From Eledone cirrhosa (lineage: Eukaryota), in contig OZ024742.1 in the NCBI GenBank assembly GCA_964016885.1, positions 150,040,001-150,104,000 of the forward strand: a stretch of DNA of 64,000 bases, given 5' to 3'. The notes under the pieces are model-generated. The model was not told the DNA's origin. It searched no databases and saw only the letters and a program-made list of their open reading frames with translations. Shown in pieces: positions 41,160-54,798 of this stretch. Positions within the stretch are counted from its first letter, which is position 1. Each line of letters opens with the position of its first letter. Made by a program: the position numbers and the translations under genes.

Positions 41160-42710
41160 AGGTCTTTCCATGACGACATGAAGGCTTGGGTTAATGTCGG
41201 AGGTAACATGTCGGAGCCTATCTCAGTAAAATATGGAGTGAAACAGGGAGATATTCCAGCACCGACCCTGTTTGCCATATACTTTGCAATGGTTTTCTGT
41301 ATTGCATTCAGGAATTGCGAGCATGGTGTTTACATCCGATATCGAACCTCAGGCAGCATATTTAACAGCAGACGCTTTGCTGCGAAGACAAAAGTATTTA
41401 CATCAATCATAAGAGACCTCTTGTATGCAGATGATTGCGATCTTGTAGCGCACAGAGAGTGATATGCAGCACATTTTGAATGCATTTTCTGACGCTTGCA
41501 CTGCCCTGGGTCTGACTGTCAGTCTCAAGAAAACCGTCGTCATGTACCAACCTGCCCCTGGTAAGCAGTACACTGAACCAAACATCTATGTGTATGGCAA
41601 ACGACTTGGAGTGGTTGATCAGTTTGTCTACCTGGGAAGCACTGTCAATCGATACAGCAACCTTGACAGTGAAATCTCACTAAGGATTAGGAAAGCAAGT
41701 GATGCTTTCGGAAAGCTAGAAAGGCGACTCTGGGGTCGGCGAGACATATGCAGGAGGACAAAGGTAAAGGTGTACAGGGCATGTGTGCTCTCTTGTCTTC
41801 TTTATGCCTGCGAGACCTGGGTCACATATCGACACCACCTTAAGCAATTGGAGCGTTTCCATCAGATGTGTCTCAGACGGATCCATGGCGTTCACTGGAG
41901 GGACCACATCAGTGATGTCGAGATTTTGGAAAGCTCTATGTGTGACAGTATAGAAGCTCTTGTGCTTAAGCAACGACTCCGTTGGAGTGGTCACCTTGCC
42001 AGGATGAAGGATTCTAGAATACCAAAACAACTCTTTTATGGAGAGTTAGTTAAAGGAAAACGACCGCCACATAAACCAAAAAAGAGGTATAAGGATTCCT
42101 TGAAAGCCTCTCTGAAAGACGCTAACATTTCTGCTGATACATGGGAGAATATTGCTGCTGATCGTAATAAATGGAGAAAGACTGTATATGAGGGAAAAGT
42201 TGCCTTTGAGGCATCTCGAATCGCATACGAGAAAGTAAAGCGGGATGTGAGGAAGGGCATTGCTGTTGCACTTCCAGACGGCGAGGGTCCTCGTATGGTG
42301 CTGACATGCAGCGTATGTGCGAGACTCTGCCTAAGCAAAGCTGGACTCGAAAGTCATCTTCGCAGTCATAAAGTAAGACCAGTGGTTGACTACCAGGCTG
42401 CTGTTGGAGATGCTACTCATCATGCTTGCCAAACATGTGGTAGAGAATGTAAATCAGCAGGAGGGCTGAAGCGACATGCAAAATTACACGAACTCCAACC
42501 ACAGCCGACTATTCCCAGTGAATGTTTTGGTTGCCGACTCTGTGCAAGACATTTTAGATCATTGGCTGGGCTAAAAAGCCACATTCGATCGCAGCGCTGT
42601 TAGTTGCTATCGTGTGTGTGTGTGTGTGTAGATATGCTTATGTGTGCGCGCGTGTGTGTATATATATATGTATATGTATATTATTATTGTTGTTGTCGTT
42701 ATTATTATTG

Positions 42711-42751
<41 letters not shown>

Positions 42752-42759
42752 GTTATTAA

Positions 42760-42822
<63 letters not shown>

Positions 42823-42825
42823 ATG

Positions 42826-42866
<41 letters not shown>

Positions 42867-42892
42867 CTTTTCTTTTTTTAATTTTTATTTTC

Positions 42893-42923
<31 letters not shown>

Positions 42924-42972
42924 CTTTCTCCTCGTGCAATGGCCATACTCGATAACGAGGGGGCAGCCATCA
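41160..42972 (+). mobile_element. RTE-clade LINE, 5'-truncated, with microsatellite-containing 3' UTR
   Basis: GVKQGDIPAPTLF, LLYADD, FVYLGS, LRWSGHLARMKDSRIPKQLFYGEL; tail gcaatggccatactcgataacgagggggcagccatca. Confidence 0.92.
41464..42603 (+). pseudogene. RTE ORF 3' part (RT thumb plus three C2H2-type zinc fingers); frameshift near 41460
   Basis: CSVC..H..H, CQTC..H..H and CRLC..H..Q motifs after the RT C-terminal region. Confidence 0.85.
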
Positions 42973-43032
42973 TGTATCTATGTATGTATATATGCATGCA
43001 TGTATATATATGTGTGTGTATGTATCTATCTC

Positions 43033-43757
43033 CCGGGTAGGGACCCCGCCAAAAAGATCTGTCCCAGATGCGTGTGCGACGAGGAAACCGTTGCACACGC
43101 ATTGGTACACTGCTCGGGCGTAGCCGATCTGTGGGGCTATGTCGAACAACTGCTGTCAAGGGTGGGACCGATCCGGTTGACCACCGAGTCTATTGTAATG
43201 ATCAAGCCGCCTCCCCCCTTCAAAGATGAAGCAGAGGCGGTGTTTCTGTGCGTAATAGCCATGGCGAAAGAGGTTGTATGGTGGACGCGTCTGAAAGGAC
43301 TGAGGTCAGGCACCTTTCTCTCTGGTCAACAACTGGTCCGTTTCTTCCGATATCATTTCGGAAGAAGGATCAGGATGGAGAGAGAGGTGCTGCACCCCAG
43401 TCGTTTTTATGAAAGGTGGGTGAAAGTGGCGAGAATGGCCCGTGTGAATGGGCCTTCTCTTTACATGAGCCTGTAGGTGGAAAAGAGGAAAGGACGAGGG
43501 AGCACCCCCTCTCTGTGCTCCTGAGGAAAAGGGTTGCACACTTTTTTCGGGGGTGTGTGCGACCCCCCAAGGCGCCTCCTCTCTATTGAGGATTTTGTTA
43601 TAAATTTTATTTTTTGTTATAATTCTATTTTTTGTTATATTTTATTTTATTTTTATATATTGTTATTGCCTCCTCCCTATTGAGGACGCCTTGTTTTGTA
43701 AACTCCCCCCATTGTACTTGTCCCACTTTTGATGCCCTTGTGGCAAATAAAAGAAAC
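43033..43757 (+). mobile_element. Tx1/L1-clade LINE 3' fragment
   Basis: CPRCVCDEETVAHALVHC...MAKEVVWWTRLKGL homologous to 24900-25320; tail cccttgtggcaaataaaagaaac. Confidence 0.85.
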
Positions 43758-43931
43758 ATATCTATGTATGTATGTATGGATGTATGTATCTATGTATGTA
43801 TATATGCATGCATGTATGTATGTGTGTGTATGTATGTATGTATGTATGGATGTATGTATGTATGTATGTATGTATGTATGTATCTATGGATGTATATATG
43901 CATGTATGTATATATATGTGTGTGTGTATGT

Positions 43932-44714
43932 ATTCTCTTTCTCTTAATTTCGAGTATATTTTTTTGACCGGCCACCTTCCTGGTGGCAAGGTTGTAAAAG
44001 AAAAGAAAGTGTCATCCCTTGAATCGCAAGAATGTTTTGCAAATTTTGAAGGTGCCAGCTATCGCAGCCATTTGTAGACTATGTATTAGGGCGCTGCGCT
44101 TTTTGTCCGCAAATCCAAGTTCAGTCATACTTTGGTCCAAGCGGGTTGGTATATAACCCGTAGCACCAATAATGATGGGTATGAAGCTAAAGGTGTATCT
44201 TGGATACTGGATTTGTAAACTCCTCATCAATGGTCCGTAGATGTCCTCCTTCTCCTGTATTTTTCTGACCACGTTTACATCAAGTGGGCAGCTGATCTCC
44301 ACAACAGAACACGTTTTCAATGTGTGGTCCCAAACTACAATATCAGGCCGGTTGGGCTTTAATTTGGTGGCAGTTTTTATTTTCAGGTTCCACCAGTATT
44401 CCTTAGTGCCATCTGTCTCAATATATTCTTCCTCGTTTGTTGTTAATTTTGTTTTCCATCGTGTCTCATGGGGAGGTAGTAGCGAGATGACATTCTTTCG
44501 CAGCTGGCAACAATGTAGCTTACATCCTCGATCTTTGTTTTACATAGCCTACATTTATTGTCAGCTGCTGGCCCTCCTCTTTTGTGCAGCAGATATTTGG
44601 TAGGGAGTTCTTGTTCCTGTATTGCATAGAGATATCCCTCAAGGTGTGATGTCATAAACTTGTCGGAACTCCATGCCAGGCTTTTTGAGTGGTTTATCCT
44701 TTTTGAGTGGTTTA
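43932..44714 (-). mobile_element. R4/Dong-type RLE LINE 3' fragment (family B)
   Basis: Nearly identical to 57400-58184 in reverse; flanked by TATG repeats on both sides. Confidence 0.88.
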
Positions 44715-45077
44715 TGTATGTATGTATGGATGTATGTATGTATGGATGTATGTATCTATGTATGTATATATGCATGCATGTATGTATGTGTGTGTATGTA
44801 TGTATCTATGTATGTATGTATCTATGTATGTATGTATGTGTGTGTATGTATGTATCTATGTATGTATGTCTGTATGCATGTATGGATGTATGTATGTATG
44901 GATGTATGTATCTATGTATATATATATGCATGCATGTATGTATGTGTGTGTATGTATGTATCTATGTATGTATGTATGGATGTCTGTATGTATGTATGTA
45001 TCTATGTATGTATATATGCATGCATGTATGTATGTGTGTGTATATATGTATCTATGTATGTATCTATGTATGCATAT

Positions 45078-45343
45078 ATTCGATCGCAGCGCTGTTAGTT
45101 GCTATCGTGTGTGTGTGTGTATAGATATGTTTATGTGTGTGCGCGTGTGTGTATATATATATATGTATATTATTATTGTTGTTGTTATTATTATTATTAT
45201 TGTTATTAATATGTGCATGTATATGTATGTGTATGTATATATATATATATGTATGTATGTATGTGTGTGTATATATATATATATATATTTTTTTTTTTCT
45301 CGTGCAATGGCCATACTCGATAACGAGGGGACAGCCATCATCA
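45078..45343 (+). mobile_element. RTE LINE 3' UTR-only copy
   Basis: attcgatcgcagcgctgttagttgctatcg...ctcgtgcaatggccatactcgataacgagg matches 42583-42972. Confidence 0.85.
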
Positions 45344-45396
45344 TATATGCATGCATGCATGTATGTATGTGTATATATGTATCTATGTATCTATCC

Positions 45397-45805
45397 GGGA
45401 GAGATGACCCCTTAGCCTTTGTCAAGGCAGAATTCTAGGAGAAGGAAAACTCGGATATAACACCTGCAACCCTGATGGTATCCAATGATGTTGACTTGTT
45501 CTTCTTTTTGGTAAATATCATCTTGGTTAAGAGAGTGGGACTGGCTTTGTGCAGTGCCTTTGCTCACTATAAAAGCTTCACAGCACAGGCATTGCTTTAT
45601 ATCTGGAGACCTCTCTGCACTTGTCATCACATGGTACCATGGGCCCAGCACTTTGTGTCAATAATTGTCACAAGTGTAGTGTCTGTACCAGAGTTTTCAA
45701 GTCGCTGGCTGGACTAAAAAGTAACACTCGTTCAGCGCATCGGTAGGGGTTCTCCTACATGGATATAAAGTAGTGGCCGTACTCGAAAACGAGTTGGCAG
45801 CCACC
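45397..45805 (+). mobile_element. 5'-truncated copy of the bipartite RTE derivative
   Basis: Highly similar to 6665-7076. Confidence 0.8.
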
Positions 45806-47034
45806 ATGTATGTATGTATATATGGATGTATGTATATGTATGGATGTATGTATCTATGTATGTATATATGCATGCATGTATGTATGTGTGTGTATGTATG
45901 TATCTATGTATGTATATATATGCATGCATGTATGTATGTATGTGTATGTATGTATCTATGTATGTATATATGCATGCATGTATGTATGTGTGTGTATGTA
46001 TCTATGTATGTATATATGCATGCATGTATGTATGTGTGTGTATGTATGTATCTGTGTATGTATATATGCATGCATGTATGTATGTGTGTGTATGTATGTA
46101 TCTATGTATGTATATATGCATGCATGTATGTATGTGTGTGTATGTATGTATCTATGTATGTATATATGCATGCATGTATGTATGTATGTGTGTGTATGTA
46201 TGTATCTATATATGTATATATGCATGCATGTATGTATGTGTGTGTATGTATGTATCTATGTATGTATATATGCATGCATGTATGTATGTATGTGTATGTA
46301 TGTATGTATCTATGTATGTATATATGCATGCATGTATGTATGTATGTGTATGTATGTATGTATCTATGTATGTATATATGCATGCATGTATGTATGTGTG
46401 TGTATGTATGTATCTATGTATGTATATATGCATGCATGTATGTATGTGTGTGTATGTATGTATCTATGTATGTATATATGCATGCATGTATGTATGTGTC
46501 TGTATGTATGTATCTTTGTATGTATGGATGTATGTATCTCTGTATGTATATATGCATGCATGTATGTATGTGTATGTATCTTTGTATGTATGGATGTATG
46601 TATCTCTGTATGTATATATGCATGCATGTATGTATGTGTATGTATCTTTGTATGTATGGATGTATGTATCTCTGTATATATATATGCATGCATGTATGTA
46701 TGTGTGTGTATGTATGTATCTATGTATGTATCTATGTATGTATGTATGTATGTATGGATGTATGTATGTCTCTATCTGTTTTGTATAATAAAATATTGGA
46801 AAATATATTCGGTTTGGATTAAGAACAAAGATGGCCGAAAGAAAATATTGGATGCTGGACATTGGATAGGCTTGTGTTGTCATAGCAACCAATTCACATC
46901 CTCAGAACACCGCCGCTTTGGGACAAAGAAGATGTCACACCACGTATTTGTCGCCAGTATTTAGAGTAGGGGCATTAGTTAGAGAAGATGTAATGAGGAA
47001 TTCTAGACATATGTTAATGATGTTGGTAACTATA

Positions 47035-47700
47035 ATGATGATGATGATGATGATTGTGGTGGTAGTGGTGGTGGTGGTGGTGGGGTGATGGTGTGTGTGG
47101 GAGTGACGATGAGGATGTTGATGATGATGATTGTGGTGGTGGTGGTGGTGGTGGTGGTGGGGTGATGGTGTGTGTGGGAGTGACGATGAGGATGTTGATG
47201 ATGATGATTGTGGTGGTGGTGGTGGTGGTGGAGTGATGGTGTGTGTGGGAGTGACGATGAGGATGTTGATGATGATGATTGTGGTGGTGGTGGTGGTATT
47301 GGTGGTGGTGGGGTGATGGTGTGTGTGGGAGTGACGATGAGGATGTTGATGATGATGATTGTGGTGGCGGTGGTGGTGGTGGCGGTGGTGGGGTGATGGT
47401 GTGTGTGGGAGTGACGATGAGGATGTTGATGATGATGATTGTGGTGGTAGTGGTATTGGTGGTGGTGGTGGGGTGATGGTGTGTGTGGGAGTGACGATGA
47501 GGATGTTGATGATGATGATTGTGGTGGTGGTGGTGGTGGTGGTGGTGGTGGTGGGGTGATGGTGTGTGTGGGAGTGACGATGAGGATGTTGATGATGATG
47601 ATTGTGGTGGTGGTGTTGGTGGTGGTGGTGGTGGTGGTGGTGGTGACGACGAGGATGTTGATGTTGTTGATGATGATGATTGTGTTGGTGACAGTAGTAA
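47035..47700. repeat. Minisatellite with a unit of about 60-85 bp (gtgatggtgtgtgtgggagtgacgatgaggatgttgatgatgatgatt + (ggt)n)
   Basis: About eight units with a variable ggt tract. Confidence 0.9.
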
Positions 47701-47949
47701 TTTTGACGACACACAACTTTAGTGTGAGTGAGTGAGTGTGTGAGTGTGTGTGTCTGTGTGTCTGTGTATCTGTGTATGCATATTTCCCCCACTCTACATA
47801 AACATGTGTAAGTTAATAAGTGTTAAAGTGTGTATGTGTGACACTATGTGTGTGTGTATGACACTGAGAGCTCCTTCAACAAAGACACACACAGATACTC
47901 ATAAAATGCCGTCTTTAGACGATAACAAGTTCGAAACGTTGTTTTGATA

Positions 47950-48032
<83 letters not shown>

Positions 48033-48152
48033 GAAAATATATTTATTATATATTTTTACCCATAATCTTCCAATACTTTAGTGTATGTACACTCCATATT
48101 CTTCGGAGTTTTCGGCTTGTATTGGCCGATAGTACTTCTTGTGGTTTTGATT

Positions 48153-48190
48153 GCCCTGATGAGTCCTTAATAGGACGATATATTGTTGGC
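48153..48190 (+). ncRNA. Degenerate hammerhead motif
   Basis: gcc-CTGATGA-gtcct-taat-aggac-GATA(GAAA mutated)-...-ggc. Confidence 0.55.
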
Positions 48191-48511
48191 TAATAAAGAC
48201 TTTTGATGTATTGAAGGCTTCTTTGTTTTATTTTCATAATTCTTCGGCTCTGTTTAATTACATTGAGCTATACCTTTTACTGTCATTTCTATAATACGAA
48301 GAGGGTGTTTAACTCCAACACGCTCCAGTATTTTAATCCTTATATATATATATATAAGTGTGTGTGTAGTATATACATAAGTATATATATATGTGTGTAT
48401 ATAAATATATATATATATATAAATATATACAATATGTTGAAAAGGTAACACACTAGAGATGAGCACATTATTGACAGGGAATAACGAGAGTCTATGGCTC
48501 CGTTAATTTAT

Positions 48512-48576
<65 letters not shown>

Positions 48577-48615
48577 TGTGTGTGTAGTATATACATAAGT
48601 ATATATATATGTGTG

Positions 48616-48649
<34 letters not shown>

Positions 48650-48650
<1 letters not shown>

Positions 48651-48995
48651 GTAGAGGTTATATTTAATTTGTTGCGATACAACAAGCAAAATATTTTTAT
48701 AACTGATATAAAGCACTCAACAAATTAATTGGAGTAAATATACAATATATTAACAAACGGAAACTATATTTATAAAACCATATTTATTTCATTATACATA
48801 TTTCAATGGCCACCAAGGCAGATTATGGTGCGCTTTCATCAGATAAAATATAATATAGATTAGTTTTATAAATAAATATTGACATACCCTGAAAAATGCA
48901 ACCTTCACGGTTGGAGTCTCCCGGTTGGTCCTTGAAATATGTATAATGAAATAAATATGGTTTTATAAATATAGTTTCCATTTGTTAATATATTA
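48650..48995. mobile_element. PLE-terminus hairpin element with hammerhead (48786-48849, minus)
   Basis: attttat-CTGATGA...GAAA-tatgta-TA-atgaaat; arms of about 62 bp at 48743-48805 and 48932-48994; TA-flanked. Confidence 0.7.
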
Positions 48996-49118
48996 TATAT
49001 ATATATATATATATTAATAAAAGGAATTCCAACTTCGTCTGATTTACTCGTTTTATTTACAATCATTTAAAATTTAGAATGAAATAGTATGGTAGAATAT
49101 TAAATGTTAAGTGTTAAT

Positions 49119-49157
49119 TGAACAAGTACTTTCATGCTTTCGCAATCTTCAGGTTCA
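49119..49157 (-). ncRNA. Minimal type I hammerhead ribozyme
   Basis: gaac-CTGAAGA-t-tgc-gaaa-gca-t-GAAA-gtac-TT-gttc; palindromic stem III; next to a perfect 25-bp hairpin at 49172-49222. Confidence 0.7.
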
Positions 49158-49218
49158 TAATGTGTGGTGACAGTCAAGTTTGCAATTTTCAACTGTCACA
49201 GTTGAAAATTGCAAACTT

Positions 49219-49274
<56 letters not shown>

Positions 49275-49275
49275 A

Positions 49276-49353
<78 letters not shown>

Positions 49354-49698
49354 TATTTATACATCCGTAAACGCACGCACATGTACATACACAGATCTAT
49401 GCACTCATACTGATATACATACATATACACACACACGCATGCGCATGTATGTGTGTGTGTGTGTATGATTGTGATGATACTTGTTGATTATAACCATGGC
49501 AATAAGAATACGTCGATAGAAATGCTAGTGACAGCAAGAATCTTGCCTGTGTTGTTTTTCTTGTCATTGTTGTTGATGATGATAATGAAGGTGATGATGA
49601 TGCACAAAATGAGGACAATTATGATAATGAGGGGGAGGGAGATATAATTGTAATTATTTATAGCTGTGAACATATTTAGTATAGCAACAATTGAGATA

Positions 49699-49793
<95 letters not shown>

Positions 49794-49794
49794 T

Positions 49795-52700
49795 TAAAGG
49801 TTAAACAAGGTTCAATGAATAAATCAAAGAATGAGTTTTACAATAGATTGGAAGCACTCAACAAGTATGGTTTTCCGGAGTTATTAATATTAATTCAAAA
49901 TATTAACAAAAATAGAATTTCTTGTGAGCAAGTATATTTTATTATACATATTTCAGAGGTACTGAGCTAACTTCAACAGTACGTCCTCATCAGATAAAAT
50001 AAGATGATGCATGACATACCCTAACATACTAGATGGTTAAGATCCAGTCATGGTAGTGAGTAAGGTATGATAAAACTCAATATTTATATATCTTAAGACT
50101 GAGATATGAAAAAACTTACATATAATACATATAATACAGAGGTTGCGTGTAAGAAAGCTTAAAAATACATAATAGCAATTTACATAACTGTTAGAGATTC
50201 AAATAATTTAAATTATTGAAGAAAAGGGAAAGAAAAAAGGAAGACAGAGAGAAAACAGATGAGGGGATAATATAACTAGTAGAAGTATAGAGAGCAAAAG
50301 AGAATTGATCAAGGAAAGAGAGACAAAGAGGAATAATTTTTATAGTGTAAAACATTTGGGCATAGCTTTGCGAAAGAGTAATCTCGAATCTTTGAATTAT
50401 TGAATTATCTAGAAGTATTCATCAATCTAAATCTTAAATATAAATGGGTGTAATTATATGAAGGTTAATTTCCAGTCCTTAGTTAATTAGTTATATATAC
50501 TTTCCAAACGTATCCGGTTGACCGTTAATTTTCAAATCATTTAAGTTAGTTCAGAGTAATAAATTAATCAAAGTGTATAATATTTCAGGCTATAAAAGTT
50601 TATAAATATCTGTATTAATATTAAAGTATACTATCATATTTAATTTATAAAATAATATTTTATGAAATCATATTTAAACTATTTGAAACATGAGAAAGAA
50701 GACATAATATTTCCATCCTCACGAAGGTAATTCTTATTAAATTTTATTATATTATATTTAATTATTTATATTATATTGAAAATAATTCACATTATATAAT
50801 TTATAAAGTAATTAATTATAATTTTAAAAATTAAGATTAAGATTAAGAATGCCTTAAAGCATCTAAAGGCTTTATAATTAAACTTAAAAAAGTTTATTAT
50901 TAAATTAGATATATGCATTTGTCTAAATATAAACAAAGATTATATTGTCTAAAGATTAAGATGATACATATCAGTTACATATAACATAATACAATACAAT
51001 AAATAAGTTACTGATAATATTGTTAAAAATTAAGGTTTTAGATCAATTATTATAATAGGATCATGTAATACATATATACTATAAATATACAAGTCAAACT
51101 TCATGAATCATAAGGATAAGAACGAGATTCAAAGTAAAAAAGTGAATTGTTTGCGATCTTAAAAGTGCCCAATATCCAAGTTATATAGTTTAAAAATACA
51201 AGAACATTTTTTTAAAATTCATATAGTAGTATAATGTGTCTGCAAACATGAAAAAGAGAAAACCTAAGGATTTCATTGACCCGAAGGTAACCCGAATTAA
51301 ATTAAATTAAATTAAATAATAATCGTTATATAATTTAGAAAATTTAGAAAATATTTAGAAAATATTTAACGATTATAACACTAGAAAGTTATTAAAGTAT
51401 CGAAAGTACTTATAAATGTAACTAGAAGCCTGTTATGATACTAGAAATACAGATTTGTTCAAATATATATATATATGGAGAGAGTATTCCAGATATTAGC
51501 GATCGATATACATATAAAAAATAATAAGTACAATCATTGTTAGTAATGTTATTATTGAAGTTTTACATCAAGTTAAGTGGAAAAAAAAGTTTGTCGACTA
51601 GTATCGTGTGTGACGTATATACCGTAAATATATATAAATAAAAATATATAAATCAAACTTCCTGAATCGCAGAACATACTCCAAATGAATAAATATACAA
51701 AAACATAAATGCATGAATGATTTACGGTTCATTATAACTGTTAAGCATATAAGCCATATAAATATACAAGAATCCCAATCTAAATTAAATATATCTAAAC
51801 AATCAAATGATATGCACATTCATCAAGAGATCATGTTAACAAATAATGTTTATATACCTATACAGGACCCTTTAATCTAACATTAATCATATCATAAATG
51901 AATAAAAAATAAAAAATTATTAGAGTTTTATAATCTGTTATAACGTTTTAGGTACACAGTTTTTGCGAGGCTTGGAATGTAGACAAAGTTTTATGAAGGC
52001 ATTTTGAGAATAATTCACTTTTTTTGTAAATTAAATTTTCATAATTAGTAATTATTAATAGGGTCTCCATGGTACAGAGGTTGCAGTTAGGTGATATTGA
52101 AGAATTCAAGTAAATTCTACTATTACACAACTTCGTCCAAGAAATCGAGTATTTTAAATTTTTGTCTTTTAATAACCATATAAGTTGTGATAAAGAAGTC
52201 GAAGATTTCCTATTAGGATTCGAAAAAGAGCATTTGTGATTGGCAAATCTTGATTTAAATGTCGAAGAAGTTGCACCAATATAGTTGTATGTGATGTTAT
52301 TTGCTTTTACGGTGCATTTATAGACCAGATTGCTATCCAGACAATTATTTCTCATGTTTGCCACATTATACTACTATATAAATAAAAAAAAAAAAATTTC
52401 TTGTATTTTTAAACTATATAGCTTGGATATTGGGCACTTTTAAGATCGCAAACAATTCACTTTTTTACTTTGAATCTCGTTCTTATCCTTGTGATTCATG
52501 AAGTTTAAATTATATATTTATAGTATATATGTATTACATGATCCTATTATAATAATTGATCTAAAACCTTAATTTTTAACAATATTATCAGTAACTTATT
52601 TATTGTATTGTATTATGTTATATGTAACTGATAGGTATCATCTTAATCTTTAGACAATATAATCTTTGTTTATATTTAGACAAATGCATATATCTAATTT

Positions 52701-53728
52701 AATAATAAACTTTTTTAAGTTTAATTATAAGGCCTTTAGATGCTTTAAGGCATTCTAATTGTTAATCTTAATTTTTAAAATTATAACTGTAATTATTTTA
52801 TAAATTATATAATGTGAATTATTTTCAATATAATATAAATAATTAAATATAATATAATAAAATTTAATAAGAATTACCTTCGTGAGGATGAAAATATTAT
52901 GTCTTCTTTCTCATGTTTGCAAATAGTTTAAATATGATTTCATAAAATATGATTTTATAAATTAAATATGATAGTATACTTTAATATTAATACAGATATT
53001 TATAAACTTTTATAGCCTGAAATATTTAATTCATTACTCTGAACTAACTTAAATGATTTGAAAGTTAACGGTCAACCGGTTACGTTTGGATAGTATATAT
53101 AACTAATTAACTAAGGACTGGAAATTAATCTTCACATAATTACAGCCAGTTATATTTAAGATTTAGATTAATGAATACTTCTAGATAATTCAATAATTCA
53201 AATATTCGAGTTTACTCTTTCGCAAAGCTATGCCCAAATGTATAGTTCTGTATAAATATATATAATTCATCCCTCCCTATGTTTTACACTATAAAAATTA
53301 TTCCCCTTTGTCTCTCTTTCCTTGATCAATTCTCTCTTGCTCTACTAGCTATATTATCGCCTCATCTGTTTTCTCTCTGTCTTTCTTTTTTCTTTTCTTT
53401 TTCTTCAATAATTTAAATTATTTGAATCTCTAACAGTTATGTAAATTGCTGTTATGTATTTTTAAGCTTTCTCACACGCACCCTCTGTATTATATGTATT
53501 ATATGTAAGTTTTTTCATGTCTCAATCTTAAGGTATATAAATATTGAGTTTTGTCATATCTTACTCACTACCATGACTGGATCTTAACCATTTACTATGT
53601 CAGGATGTCATGCATCATCTTATTTTATATGATGAGGACTTACTGTTGAAGTTAGCTAAGTACCTCTGAAATATGTATAATAAAATATACTTGATCACAA
53701 GAAGCTTTATTTTTGTTAATATTTTGAA

Positions 53729-53735
<7 letters not shown>
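49795..53735. mobile_element. Penelope-like element: GIY-YIG fragment plus 3' UTR (minus) with an inverted 1.3-kb UTR copy
   Basis: Arms about 49883-51212 and 52390-53735; HHR at 49936-50000 (minus) and a degenerate copy near 53622-53686 (plus); (TA)n at both ends. Confidence 0.85.
51948..52364 (-). pseudogene. PLE GIY-YIG endonuclease C-terminal fragment
   Basis: NLVYKC...YIGATSSTFKSRFANHK...CNLCTME...KKSELFSKCLH. Confidence 0.85.
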
Positions 53736-53796
<61 letters not shown>

Positions 53797-53890
53797 TTAT
53801 TCCAGGTTCAATCGGGGGTAACCACAGTAAAGCTTCCTGATGATTTCTCACGAATGAATCAGTTCTAGTCCTGTAGAAGCTTTTCTCTCT

Positions 53891-54042
<152 letters not shown>

Positions 54043-54133
54043 CGAAGGAGTTGACGGCTATTTCTGCACTATTTCAGTCCAGAAATAGCCGACGAAACGG
54101 CTTGACCTCTGCCGTCGGGGTCATACATTTTCC

Positions 54134-54170
<37 letters not shown>

Positions 54171-54539
54171 TATATAAATGGAAAAAATGAAATTTCATTT
54201 CCCACTCTTAGTACGGCTGATACTTATATATAAGTATGTATACGTACATACATATATGTATACAGACGTACAGTAGTATGTATATACATACATACATGCA
54301 CACATATATATATGTACGTATGGGTTTACCGAACATTTATTATAATGCTCGGTTTGTTTGTCAGTGTTGAACAAAATGGCAACTATGGTTGCCGAACACT
54401 GTACGGCTAATAATTCGGGCTGTTTGTTTACAAACAAACCGAGCATTATAATAAATGTTCGGTAAACCCATACGTACATATATATATATATGTGTGTATG
54501 TGTGCATGTATGTATGTATATACATACTACTGTACGTCT

Positions 54540-54798
54540 CAGAGTGGGATTTACGTATAAGCTAAGCAAGCTATAGTTTAGGGCCCCCACTTTCTTGTGG
54601 CCCCGAAAAAATTGAAAAAAACGGTGTATACATTTCCAAAATATAAGATTAAAAAAAATTTAAATAATGCAATAGTTTTAAACAGTTTTCTGCTTTAATA
54701 TTGAACGTTTTGCAGTTTTTATAACATCTGTTATAACATATAAAGGACCCCATTATCTCAAATAGCTTAGGGCCTCATCAAATCTAAATCCGGACCTG
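54540..54798. mobile_element. hAT-type MITE with 8-bp TSD
   Basis: TIRs cagagtgggattta / taaatccggacctg; TSD gtacgtct at 54532-54539 and 54799-54806. Confidence 0.8.

Larger units (their letters stand above)
43758..46765. repeat. (TATG)n-derived compound microsatellite field hosting several retroelement insertions
   Basis: tatg/tatc/tgca variants with a higher-order unit of about 50 bp in 45806-46500. Confidence 0.9.

Noticed and set aside
47035-47700. CRISPR-like repeat with variable spacers
   Set aside because: The variable parts are only (ggt)n length variants; eukaryotic context with no cas genes.
44660-47792. 300-380 aa MYVC-rich and His/Pro/Thr-rich ORFs
   Set aside because: Products of TATG and GGT/GAT repeat arrays.
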